A DNA stretch of 64,000 bases from Phoronis australis (lineage: Eukaryota > Animalia > Phoronida), in contig NMRA01000280.1 of NCBI GenBank assembly GCA_002633005.1, positions 326,080 to 390,079 on the forward strand. The letters are read 5' to 3'. The notes beneath the pieces are model-generated. The model saw nothing but the letters and a program-made list of their open reading frames with translations. It did not search any database and was not told the DNA's origin. The position numbers were made by a program, and so were the translations under genes. Below, piece by piece: positions 39,329 to 52,221 of this stretch (its first letter is position 1; every line of letters starts with the position of its first letter).

Positions 39329-42300
39329 ATCCTGGAGTAAAGGTCTCAAGAGAAAAAACCTATAGTCGAGTATTATTTTAAAGGTAAAAAGGAAAAATGT
39401 AACCACCAGATGCGGCTCCAGGATCATGAACGCAGGGAGTCTGACGTGATCAAACAAAGGACACTTGATATTTCATCATTACAACACCACACAAGTGTCT
39501 GAGCCAGGAGTCCTGCCACCATGGAACCCCTACGGGATCTGCGTCCGTCATAGTTACACCATGTTCAAGTAATACCCAACAATGGGTACTTGCCTTCACC
39601 TGGGCAGTCAATCCTCCTGTGTATGCTTGTGTGGTCTCTGTGTAAAAGCTGCACTGACCAGAGAATATTCACAGCAGAAAGCCAGCCAAATCCATTGTGA
39701 TGTTAAATCAGTTTCGACATTAGCGTTTGATGGAAAACCGGTCTTCAGGTGCTTAATGATAATGCGGCATGGTTTAATTGCAGCAAAACAGCATAACGAA
39801 CATCGTTAATTAGCCTTATGTCAAATGGTAGCCAATCAGCTCGGACATTTCATACAGTGATGAACAATTTCACTCAGAGTTGGCTGGATAAAAGGTTTGG
39901 TATTACAGACCTTTTTCAACACTGGGGTTGTGTATGTAGGAATAAACAACAGTTTAAGTGCATATCAGTGCCTTCCTCTTATGGCAGAACTTATTTGATC
40001 AACCTTTTTGGAAGTCACGTGGTGTTTCAATTATGCTAGGAAAATGAAGGTTCACTTCGAAAAATGATGTTTTCAAAGCCACAACCTGTACCAGGACAGA
40101 CATGCCCTACATGATGTTTAGAGAGTATCACAGAAAAAGCCACAAATACAGAAACAGCTTATACCTATGGTAAAAAGTTTTGAGTTGGGACAGTGAAAAA
40201 AATATTAATTTGCTCAAGGTCAGAGCTTGTACCAAAGTTCAGAAATATGCAATATTTGTGGTCCCAAATTCAAGAATTACCATCAATGACAAACGATTAC
40301 TCAATTTAATGTTACACACTGCTAGGATGAGCAAAAAGGTTGTGTTGGCAGCTATTTTTTGTTGACCGTGTTCCAACCTATAGCATCAAGAAATTTCAAT
40401 TTCTGTGTGAATTTCTGTGTCCCAAATTACAAAGCCTTCCCAAACTGTAGAATTATTACCATAATATTCATCATATTCTTCGCAGAACTTCGCAGCTCAC
40501 CTACAAGTGTAGAGAATATCTATTTATTCTATATCAGTTTTACATGTCGTTAACCTGTGTTCATTGTTTCAATACAGATACATACCTATGTTAGACATGG
40601 TTCAGTATTGTTGAAGAAATAACGGAACCACTTCTGATACAAAGACTCTAGTAGTGATCTATACTGAATCAAAATGACTGACATCAAATGTCCCGCAACA
40701 CAACGTGATATGGCCTGCCCCCCCCAGACTGGAAGTCTTCCTGAAACTCCTTGACATGCATGAAAGGACCACCACTCACCCAGTAAGCACCCCTGTAACA
40801 GCCACAGGGGTCAAAGCAGAGAATGTGAAGCGTCCAGTCAATTTAAAACCAAAAATAGGATTCAGAAGTGATTTGAAGTAAACCAAAGTTCAACTGATGA
40901 AATGCACTTCATTCAGCAGGGTTCAGTTTTGGTATGCGCCCCTTGGCAAATTAACAGTCATGGTGGTGCCTTGCCAAGACTGTACTGAATAAGCACATCT
41001 GCACTGACCCACATATTTTAGAGTGGATGGACAAAATTACACATAGCCTATTTTTCTAAAACAACTCTGCTCACAATGTGATATAAATACAACCAACTAA
41101 TAATAGATAAATCTTGGTTGACTTGGAGAAGTACGTATTAATTCCTTCATGACGCTGACTCCGTTGATTGATCAATACAAGCTAATGATACACAACTATT
41201 AAATAGCTCTCCGCCTTCAACGTCTCCGTCATCTTCATCCACCACTGATTGAATTCAGCAACACAAACAGCTGCTTAGAAACACTGCAAACGCCTGTGAC
41301 AAACTGTGGTAACAAGAACCGTGATGTAAAATGCTGGAAATGTGGAGGGCTACCAAATCTGGACCAGAACATTTTAAATATATGTAACAATATCATTTGT
41401 GGGATTAAACACATCCTTGATCATAAAACATATTCTGCAGCAAATTGAATCTTGCATTAGAGTAGCAATATCACACACCCACACGTTTGTTAGATCAGTG
41501 AAATAAATGTGGGTTAGGAATGGGAGGCTAGATATAAAAGCCGGAAAATTTGACCACTGTATTTTTCAGCTTGTTTGGTTCGGCACGATCTGAATGAAGG
41601 GAATACAAACTTGGATGCGATAATAAAAGCACTCCAGAGCATGACACTTAGTGAAATTGAACGCAAAATGTTAAGTCATAACGGGAAACCATATAGCCTG
41701 TGAACAGATCTGCTAACACACCAAGTTTCAGAAAGATCTGTCCAAGGATGCCGGAGGGCCATCTGTTGCCCAATTTGAATCAAAAACAGTAGATATGGAG
41801 CTCAAGACGAGATACACAATGTGTGTAAGTTCCATGTCAATCAGGCAACAAATGCGGCTTACAGGCGCGGGGGANGGGGGGGGGGGGGGGGCAATCAACA
41901 AGAAAGTGAGGAAAGATCAGACAACAAAAACAGTTGCCAGAAATTCTCGGATTAGTCAGAAATGGTACATGTAGGTCGTAGAGAGAAGCGCACGATACAT
42001 TCCAGGTAGTCCGGGACAAGATCTATCTACTACACAAATTTCAGAATTGAATTTCTCGCTGAAAAAGTGAAAATTTGAAAAGTGGCTATCACAGTGCAAC
42101 CTTGCATTCTATTTCGCCTAAAATATGCTTCAAGCGTTTAATCAGATACCATGTGCACACAAATTCACAACAGAGCAACGTATTTGGCAAAATTTCATTT
42201 CCCCAAGTAATAAATTATGCATGAAAAGACAAATACACCAGCACAAGTTAAAGGGAAAGCAACAGTTTCCGTGTTACCTTTAGCTCTAGTAAAATTACAG

Positions 42301-45300
42301 ATCCTTGATTTTCTTGAAAAACATTTTTTGTGATTGAATTTAGGATGTATGCACTAAAAGAAAGCGACGTATGTAAATGGCTCAGCAAAAGCCCGGCATC
42401 TTGATTCCACAGTCAATGTCAGTGACCAAAATTTGTCCCAAGCACCATGCACAGGCGAGAGTGTACACCAACAAGCACGTGGTAAATACAGAGCATATGT
42501 GTGCATCGGTGCTTACAAGTAAGACAATATTTCAGAAGCAAGTTCAATGGCGACAGTCACGCAAATTTTCCAAGTGATACCGGTAAAACATCACATAAAT
42601 ATATATCAAAAAATTCACAAAATGCCATTCACAATTGTTTTGCTACATCGATACAAAACAAAAAAATTCAGTTTTACCAAACGAATCAAACTAATCAAGT
42701 AATATACTAATTTTTGGAATAAGAGTAAAACAATGTGAAGTAGAATAGGTACCTTTAAGTCATTTAAACTGCATTACAAGAAAATTCATTCATAAAAATC
42801 ATGTGCAAGCACAGAAAGTTTTTAATTAACAACATCTTTGTGACACATGCCACGCAGTATTGACTACAGAGCAATTTTTGAACTGAAGTTCAAATGCATT
42901 TGCATATCACGAATCTTGATTATATGTATGTTGCATTTCAACATGCCTCCATGACTTAAAAAACATGTCAAAAACGATATGCAGTCATATTCAAAGTAAA
43001 ATGTTTTGTTGTTTCATTGTCATGTTACTGGTAGTACAGGGTATAACAGTCAAAAGCAAGCCATCTGAATACACACACTCAATTATACATATCTAGTTAA
43101 GCATGCAGAAATTCTCAGGTTGTTGGAGTTTCTTGGGTAAAATTTATCACCATTTGGTGTGGTCTCGGGTATCCATTTTCTCAACTGTCCAGGTACTGCG
43201 CTAATCTACAGTGACACCCCCCTGTGGTAGAGAGGATTGCACACATGACCAGTACCCCAACACATAGGTGTCACTTTATAAAATGTGGTTATGAGTCAAC
43301 TGACCCCCGCAGTGAGCCAATTTGTAGGATCTACCGGTCACATTAGTAGTTAAATTTTGGGGGTGATTTCGCGTGCTACCTCACTATGTTATGGACCGGT
43401 GATTGGTTTAAATGGTCAATGGCAATCAATTTAACCAAACACATGGATCCGACAGCTGGGGTCTATTTTCACAATCTGATATACCAGGGACATGGTTTAC
43501 ATTGCTGTTCTGGTCACTGACATCAGATTGATCAGCTGTTTTGCATTTTCCCTTCACAGAAGTACACTGTAGATGCTCTCAGTAAGTTTTCATCACATGA
43601 AGTAGAGCAAATGCCCCGCTTGGGGACAAGTTTGACATATTTACAGATCTGATCTCACTTTGAAAATATTAAAAATTATCAAAACTTGTCATGTGATGAT
43701 TTCACCAGAAATCAATGTAGTAATGCGTCATATACTTCATTTCCTATTTTGAAAGTTCATAGGACCCCCACGACTTGAGTTATTTAATCCTGAGAAACCA
43801 GAATGGATAACTATAGATAGATGGAACACTAGGAAACACAATCAAGACCAGTCGGCAGGCACAGTGACAGCCATTCTGTATTAAGTATAACATGGCGCTC
43901 ATAGGATAAAACCTGATGACCGAATTTTTGCCCAAATTTATCAAAACTTCACTTTTGACACTTGCAATGTCCAGTGAAACAAATGTAAGCCATGGTCTAC
44001 GTTGTTCCACGAGTTTCATACTGGTCAATTCCTATTTCAAATCCCATGTGTTTTCTGAAAATTATTGAATTTCAACATGCCTTACCTCAGTGTTTAGCCT
44101 GGGCAAAACAACATCCCTTCCTACGGTCACAGTACACCTTCCCTATTTTACAGTGTCATCTAGTTATTTTAAGTGGAATTTAACGTGTTAAAGGTAGATA
44201 GTTGGACCACATTATAAAATTTAAATAAAACAAATGTTAATTTAATTAACTTGTTGTTTTTGTGTTGCTGCCCCATGTTTGTAAAGATATCCTTAGTTTT
44301 TGGAAAATTGAGGAAGCAAAAGGATTCATGTAACAAGAGACCTGAAGGAATACATGTCAAGTGGCTGTTCTGGTGGAATCAGCAGGTTATTTCTGCTCTG
44401 ATCCGCTAATATTGCCTATGGTCTGTGATGAAAAAGCCGATGCTGGGCATTTTCAAGTGGTTGCAACCTGTGACTTACTTTATTAAGCCAATTGTCACAC
44501 CTTCAGTGACTGTAGACATTCTCTCGTGTTTTCAGTGTTTTGGGTGGCTTGTATGAAATGATTTTAAAAAAGCAAATGATTACATCGTCTCACTTTTCTT
44601 ATCTTTGGCAAAACGACATTAGTTTTTTCTGCTTAGCTTTGAGGAGATTGAACCAGCATTTTGTAACAAAAGATGGAATTATTGGAGACCAGAGGAAGAA
44701 CAGATGCAACTGCGAGAGGAACAAATATCTGGCGGAATGTTCTCTGAAACTCGAAAGAACGCCATCGTGGAACAAGAAATTCATAAATCTACCTGCGTGA
44801 ACCGAGATGCGACTTTATTTAATGCCTCTCACTGAAATTGAAAAGATGACATCAGTGAAATAAATAATGAAAAACTAATCACTAAAAAGGACCAGCATTT
44901 GATAATTTTATTGGAGCTCCAAATATTCATAAATCAAAATCCAAAATTTAAAGAAATTTAATTCAATGTCTGCCTTCACAATGGAAGACAGCATCAGTGT
45001 TTGGGATCAAAATATGGCTGCCATAAGTCGATGCTGTCAACTAAACCATGCTGAACCAATTGCCTGCTTCATAGAGTTATGAGAAGATACTGTTAATACA
45101 TTTAAAACATCAACTTTATTATTGACATGGGCATACATCAGAACCATCAGCAACATTGCCCAGACAATAAGTTTGTACAAGCTTAGGGTGAGTCCTTACT
45201 TAGAAACAATTAATCAAAATGCATTTTTGTTACAATGGTGATCATTAATGTTTCAATCTTTATTTCACATTTCATATTTAGGATAGTCACCTCTACTAAA

Positions 45301-46057
45301 TGCATTGTTTTCCTGATTACCAACAGGCGTCAAATACAAAATAATTACCAGTCATTCCAGTCCACATTGTTTACCATCTTCGAAGAGAGGTGGGGATTTT
45401 AGGAGGTTGTTTTATATCTTTAATCAAATGTGTTGAAAAGTTGAAATCCTAGAGTACATGCCCACCATCATAGACTTACTCAAGGTGATGATTTCATGCA
45501 GAAGGTCAATTGGTGTATTTTGATTAAAAAACATTAATCAGTAGCAGAAGACCAATAGAGCTTAAATACTGAAGTTTGAATTATTCTGAATTGATATCGT
45601 AGCCACAACAAACAATTTAATACTATAAATTCAAAACGTACTAGTTCGTCTCGTACGTCCGTCACACTTACTCAACTTACATCGATTTGTCTGACAAAAA
45701 GTTCTTCCAAGATATCATCCAAAAATCAGTGTGTTGTACCTCACAAACATTCCACTAAATCATCATATAAAACAAAAAATTCTAACTTTACGCAACTCAC
45801 AGAAATTTAACGAGACAATCTTTTTTCAAAAATTCAAATTCTCTGTGTACGTCCGTCACACCCCTTTAAAGGCAATTTTCTCTATCAGATAAAAAGTTAG
45901 GAGAAAAGTTGACAAATGCTTTGAAAGATAACAATGAGACCTATCAACTGATGTATTAATTATAGGGAGTGGAATTACTGGTATGTCAGTAACTGTAATC
46001 GCATTGCCAATGTTTAGTTCTGAACTGCAGCGTGGCTTCATCCTTTGCATGCCAGCT

Positions 46058-47193
46058 CAGGGCTCGACAGTATGAAAATTGCCAGGTCGCGTGTTGCGAC
46101 GTAGGGAGAATCCCAGGTCACATTTTCAAATTCCAGTTTGCATTAAAAAATTCCAGGTCACAAATTTTTCCCGCCATTAAAATTACGCGCCAAAATTGAT
46201 TTTTTAGATCGTCGAGAAAATGTTTACATTATGCTCTTACCTGCAGTGTTAAATACTCACAGGCTTCAGGACGCAAAATTGAGTTCTTACATGCAGATAC
46301 GACGTTACTTTTATTCACGACCATCATTGAAAGGCTCTAATGCACTAGACTAATTAACGGTGTGAAAGTTGAAGCAGTGCTCTCTAACCAACACGTCCAT
46401 TCGAGTAGTCAATTTGCGACGTGAAAAGGGTCACTTGTTGAAAAAGTATATTCCATGATTTTGCTAGATCTGACCTGGTACATGACTGACATTAAAGTCG
46501 TTAAAGATCCAACTAACTCTTGAGTGCAAACTCCCTCCATTTTTTTCGCAGCCCAAACTTTGGAACTCAACTCAACGCTTGTAAAATATCCTTGTAAAAA
46601 ATCCGAAACTTTGTCCCAGCTGAATGACGTATTCAGATGCGCGGGAACAATTCAGTGCAAATTCCACAACAAAAAATGGGGGACTTACCAGTATACTGTT
46701 TACGTAAGGACATTTTATGTGAAAATATATATGCTTTTTCACTACAAAGTTTGGTAAGTTGATTGTTTAAGAATTAGTAGAAACACAGTGACTGCTGTTT
46801 TGTGACGTTTTACGTGTTATGCCATGGTCCGAAACTTTGCTTCGGCGCATCAGGAAATTTGCAAAAGTAGCCAAAAATATTAGCTAAAGAAATGCGTCAA
46901 AGATCGATTCTGCATTATCCCATGTTCACGTGAAGCGCTTACAAGTAATCTGGAGTGCTGTTCACGCTTAGTGTTCTTTTGAACTTGATTGTCAACAACC
47001 AAATAATGGTCAGATTTACACGAGTTGCTTTATATTTGCCAGGTATCTGCCAAGAAGTGTAAAAACTCAGCTCGCATAGGTTGTTAATTCCAGTTTGCAT
47101 TTTGCGACATGATATGAGCTGCAAAAAATCTCAGCTTGTATTTCCAAATTTCAGGTCGCATTTGTGACCTGCAGCTTGTTATGTTGAACCCTG
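46058..47193. mobile_element. Non-autonomous DNA transposon (~1.1 kb), CAGGGCTCGACA...TGTTGAACCCTG
   Basis: Imperfect 12-bp TIR, repeated subterminal caggtc(g/a)ca motifs, flanks cagct/tagct; no transposase ORF. Confidence 0.7.
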
Positions 47194-48539
47194 TAGCTGC
47201 TGACACACGCTGTGTTTCAGTTGATCAACACATTGGACAAAGGGAGACCACAAAAAAACAAGAATGAAAATGGACTGGATTTTCGCTATAGCATTATTTA
47301 CCATAAAATTTCTGAAATTTAAAACTGAGCTATGAACTTGCCTTCCATCAAAAAATAACTTCATTTGGGACACTTACTGTTATAAAACTTGTTCCTCACT
47401 TAGGTTACAGGTGAATACCGAGCTTTGGATGAACTGAGACTTTGTTATTGACCAACAATACGTTCATTAAATTGGTTTGTCACGATGTGTTATTTTATAT
47501 GCCAAGCATGCAGGTTTCAGGAACTACTGAACACTTCCCTCGAAATTTTCCTTGAAGCTAGCGTGTATTGATGGATGTCCATCCCCAATGGGCCCTTCAT
47601 GGCAGGTTTTTGTCAAATTGCACCTGACGCTGTCCAAACCATTAAAATAACATAACTGGAAGTACTTTGGATACCGTTTGGAGGCCACTGATTTCTTTAA
47701 ATCCTTTGAACTTGAACAATTACTCCAGCAATAGCAATTTCTTTCCGACACATTTTTTTATTCGCAAACAAAATTGGGAGTTGACCTCTGAGTCCATTAC
47801 CATGCTCATTCAATATGGCTAAGGTCTAACAGAAACATATGGAAAGTTAAGAGGGGAGTTAGGCCTACCCATTGTAGCATGATAAGTTTGCGAACCATGC
47901 CAAGAGGAGGCAGTACAGACTGCACGAGAGCTGTCTAGTTCTCCCAAGTCTGACCAGAAATGACTACACACCTGAATAAGTAAGGGACAAACTAATACCA
48001 GTTTAATAGTGATACTAGATTTAAATAAAATCTTTGCTCCTTAAATTGCCCAAAAGTGGTTGCAGCCGCTTGGCCTGCACGGATGTGACACAGATGAAAA
48101 CAAAATGAGTGGATGGTTCACTTAAAGACTAGGCCAAGTCATTACAGAAATTAGCCACAAAGGCATTTGCAAAAAGTGCCACAAGCGTGCAGAATTTGTA
48201 AGTGTTTTGAGTTGACAGCACCTGACAGAAGTGCCATGTATAGCCAGGGCCAGGGGCTACTGTTTACAACTTTGCAAAACTTCAGGTCACAGCCTACTAA
48301 TCAAATCAGAGTCAGTCTAGCCTCAGATGTCTAGCCTACTGACTGTTTACTGAAAGCTTTACAGCAAAGTAATCGGGGAAACGTCTAGCTAGCGTTTCGG
48401 TATATTAAGAATGGAATACCAACATCATACAGGTAGCCCAAACAGCCCTAAACTGAACTCTCGTTCACACCCTTTTCATGTAAAAAAATAATTTTGATGC
48501 AAAACGAGCGACACTGCCAATATTTATCCTAGAGCTTAC

Positions 48540-48940
48540 CTCGATCATTTTAGGGCATCTCCTTCACATAACCTTTCTGTAATATTACAAAAAATGTTAC
48601 ATCGTGTTCTAAAAACGTCGAGTTAAGCTCCTGTGGACACATTTGTCCTGGACTGGACGAAACCCCAACATTGACTAAGTTAGTAAGTAGTCCTAAGACA
48701 GAGTTCAAAAGGTCGCGGGTGAAGACCAAAGACAGCGCTTTTCATTCTCTTTTGAAAACGAAATTCAGTTCATTCCACGTTTTACGAAAAGGAAGTATTC
48801 CTAAGACAATCCACAATAATAAAACACTCGTAAACTAAGCAGTTCCGTCACACACTAACCTGTTATATCTTGATTCCGCTGAGACGTCTTCCATTCTCTG
48901 ATTCATGCTCATCTGACGAGTGCGCTTGCGCACTCAGAAT
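48540..48940 (-). promoter_or_regulatory. Candidate promoter and first non-coding exon of the FRS2-like gene
   Basis: Minus-strand donors GAG|GTAAGC (48540) and CAG|GTTAGT (48860); NRF1-like palindrome gagtgcgcttgcgcactc at 48918-48935; CpG density appears to rise here. Inference only. Confidence 0.45.
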
Positions 48941-49156
48941 GTGTACTTAAATATAAACAAACGCAGTGACAGTGGACAGCTTCCAAGTGTGCTCAAGACT
49001 GGATTTGCCGAAACGTCTTTGTACACACCTCTTGTCATTTGGTTTTGAAAGAACAAAGGTGGCACAAATAGATTTATTCAGGGCGTTTCATACAGTCCAA
49101 CTAGATGAGAGGCTTTTTTGATCTGGTCAATTACGCCTAGAATCAGCCTAAATAAG

Positions 49157-49385
49157 CAGAGACGGATCTACTGGGGTCAGTGGGTTCAAACCCCCTCGGG
49201 AAAGGATCAGAAATAAAAATTAAAAAAATGTCACTAGGAAAACGAAATTGGCCACTAAAACCCAAAAAAAAATCTTACACGGGAGGAGGGAAACCCCCTC
49301 ACGACCTTCCCTCCGCTCGGCGCTACGCGCCTCGGATTCGCGCGAATCCTAACACCCCCTTACTGAAAACGTAGATCTGCCACTG
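49157..49385. mobile_element. MITE, CAGAGACGGATCTA...TAGATCTGCCACTG
   Basis: Imperfect TIRs of the same CAG..GGATC type as the 16134 and 20095 elements. Confidence 0.6.
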
Positions 49386-49946
49386 ACACTGTACTAATGA
49401 CCGTCACAGTGTACAGGCAACTTCGTTACTCCGTCTTCGGAGTCATTTTTCAGCTCTAGGATCGCAAAACGATGGAACTGACGTGCTTTCGCGATCGTTC
49501 AAAACAGCTCAAAAGCTTGCCTGTCACGTCCGTTGTGCGGATATGTGTGGTTGCCTGGACTGACTGAGTTACCACAGCGCTATCTTTTGTGAGTGATTCA
49601 AACCCTGAGTCATCAGACCTCATGTTGAATAAACGGCCGCAATACAGAATGAAACTAGCAGAGATCTTTGAATTGAAAAAACTATGGGTTTATTACTACT
49701 GTGCTGTCTAGATATAATCTTATTAACAAATGTCGCGATAGTGCAACACTCAGGTACTATTCAATTGAAGCTCCCGTGTTGGCCAAAAGCGCACCTGCAA
49801 AAAGTTTCACCAGATTCAGTATATTTTTGGGTGTCCAGCTGAGATACAAGTTATACCCGGCACTACTTAATTTGCGTCTCGTGTAATGCTTGCGGTGCAC
49901 AGTCACAATGACATGTCTGCAGAAAGTGGTATAATTATTTCACACT

Positions 49947-50204
49947 CATGCGAGCACCCAGGACTTGCTCGGAGGGCTCGAATGAGCCCCGGCATTTGGC
50001 GAAGTGGGCACAAAGGTCGGCCCCCGAGAGACAAAAAGTCCGAGAAAACGGGACATAATTCCACAAAAAAGCGCAAACGTGAAATTCACAGTGGTGCTCC
50101 AGTTTTTTTTATTTATTATTTAGTCCACCCGCTCTTTCATTCGCAAAGGTCCACAACGTCAGGAATTCGAATCCCCCCTATATTGAAGGCTGGGTGCGCG
50201 CATG
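49947..50204. mobile_element. MITE, CATGCGAGCACCCAG...CTGGGTGCGCGCATG
   Basis: 15-bp TIR with 1 mismatch and a perfect 5-bp TSD acact/acact. Confidence 0.85.
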
Positions 50205-50712
50205 ACACTGACACATAACAGGGAAAAACAAAATGTACAAACCCAGAAAAAGACAGGATATACTACATGTGGGTTGGGAACAGTTCACAGTAAATTAAAA
50301 TTATACAAACCAAAAATAGAAGGCAATACATCATACATGCCCTTAAGAGAACATTGCGTAACACACGCTGGCTTACACGAAGTAAACACGGGGCTTGAGT
50401 CTACCAAACACATCACTCTGTTCTCAGAACACAAATGGTTTCTGTTTTTTTCTGAGCATTCTGTTTTTTTTTCTCCTGAGAATTATGTTTTTTCTCTGAG
50501 TATTGATGAGGTTATGCGGTATTTTTTTTAGTATACTTTACTTTAAAAAGCACCTGACATAGTTGATGTTGGGCGGTAGTTTTTCCCTGTACTGATTCAG
50601 CGGTCCAGTGATGCGTTTGGCCCTACTCATGGACATTTATTAAAATTCTTTGTTGGTGGGAACACGAAAACTAATTCTGAACTACCATTTTTTCGTGTGT
50701 TTATGTGAAATA

Positions 50713-50726
50713 GTAAAATAGCAAAA
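50713..50726 (-). terminator. Pol III oligo-T terminator of 7SL
   Basis: TTTT immediately after CCCAGTCC on the minus strand, followed by a second TTTT a few nt later. Confidence 0.7.
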
Positions 50727-51022
50727 GGACTGGGTCCCATTTTGTTGGACGGGCTGCTGGCAGTTGCCTATTCACTGGCGCTATCCCACTACTGCTCCAC
50801 ACGGGGACTTTTGCCTGCTGTGTTTCCACCCTGGGCCGGTACGTCCCTCCTTAGACAACCTGGTCACATTAGCCTCCGCCGAAGTAACCATATTGATGCC
50901 GAGCTTAGCGCGGACGCCTGATCTGCATAGTCCAACTACCAGCAGGGCTCCCGTCCTCAAACCGTCCACCAATCCCGACCTCCAAGTAGCTGGATTACAG
51001 GAGCACGCCACAACTCCCAGTC
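50723..51022 (-). ncRNA. RN7SL: 7SL signal recognition particle RNA (metazoan SRP RNA), ~300 nt
   Basis: The reverse complement begins GACTGGGAGTTGTGGCGTGCTCCTGTAATCCAGCTAC (Alu domain). It contains CTAAGCTCGGCATCAATATGGT, the helix-6 GGAG loop, ACCAGGTTGTCTAAGGAGGG, helix-8 GGCCCAGG..GGAAAC..AGCAGG and CAGTAGTGGGAT..GCC.GTGAATAG. The ends GACTGGG and CCCAGTC are complementary and it finishes in TTTT. Confidence 0.97.
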
Positions 51023-51045
51023 GAGAAAAATGTGCAATTTTAACC

Positions 51046-51104
51046 TACTTAAATGACCTTATGCTAATACTGTGACGTCATCCCACGTGATGTAACTACG
51101 TCAC
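51046..51104 (-). promoter_or_regulatory. Upstream promoter elements of 7SL: TATA-like box, CRE/ATF site, E-box
   Basis: TTTAAGTA at -24 to -31, perfect TGACGTCA at 51073-51080 (-51 to -58), CACGTG at 51084-51089, second CRE-like TGACGTA near 51097-51103. Confidence 0.6.
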
Positions 51105-52134
51105 GGAACGTTTTAAGCTTAGGGAGAGCCTTTGACAAACCACCGCTGAAAAATCCACCAATACATGGTTTTCCACAAAAACAACGTTTTATACAGGGAG
51201 TCACTAAGTCTGCGACTAGCCTGAGCCCTGCGAAAATTTTTGATTATGTTTTCAGACGATTTTTTGTGATATCTGCCTCATTGCTACTCAACCTGCTGCT
51301 GTGTAAACTATGCACTGTAGGGCCGTGGCCACTGAGTACGGCGACCACATACTACGCTGGGGCCCCTCGATTCTTGAAATACACACTTATTTCTACTCCT
51401 GATTCTAAAATGTGTCCATCTCAATACCAAAATCGACAAAATCATGCCCTCTTTTGATATCGAAACTGGCGAAAATCCAATGCAATTCACCGTACATGTG
51501 CACCACGAACCCCCCTCCCGCCTCCAGGCCCCCTTGGGCACCCGAGAGTCTTCCGATATATCATCGCCGCCACAGGCGTTGAAAAGTATTTCTGGCGACC
51601 TCCCTAAAACTGCCAGGCTTTAAAGTAAAAACTATTTTTGATTGGCTGATATCCAGTTCAATTCAATGGACAGATGTAACCCTCAGACTAACACCCTATC
51701 AGCTGGGACCTTGGGGCAAACAATCGAGCAAGTCAACAAGTCTGGGTTATAATAAAGAAAGACTTGAGGTAAAATATGTTTAAAGACTAAACACTGTTTT
51801 GTATTTCTGTCGTACCATAATCTTCTTGCGGTGTGCTTTGAGTGACCAGTGAATACAACAACATGTCCGTCAAGAGTACATTGCGTTGGCGTGCGGTGAG
51901 TAATACTACGAGAACATTGCTTCAGTACTAGTCACATTTATGACCATTATCAGACGTTTGCTCATGCCACCTACTAAATGAACAAAATACAAGCTTTCGA
52001 CGTATGCAGCAAATGGGTGTAGTAAGTCGAGTCTCTTGAAATAATTTGTCAGTTAATTTTAGTAAAAGTTACAACATGTCCTATTTGTTCAGTGCACAAT
52101 TGATGAGCTCGTGAAACATTACCGTCAACACCAC

Positions 52135-52148
52135 CATCATCATCGTCG

Positions 52149-52208
<60 letters not shown>

Positions 52209-52221
52209 CCATCATCATCAT
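52135..52221. repeat. (CAT)n microsatellite
   Basis: About 29 CAT/CGT/CAC triplets. Confidence 0.97.

Noticed and set aside
41866-41891. Long G-run (possible G-quadruplex)
   Set aside because: Homopolymer containing an N; its length is unreliable and there is no supporting context.
50960-51022. Alu-like sequence suggesting primate contamination
   Set aside because: It is the Alu domain of a full-length, diverged 7SL gene that includes the S domain and lacks a poly(A) tail.
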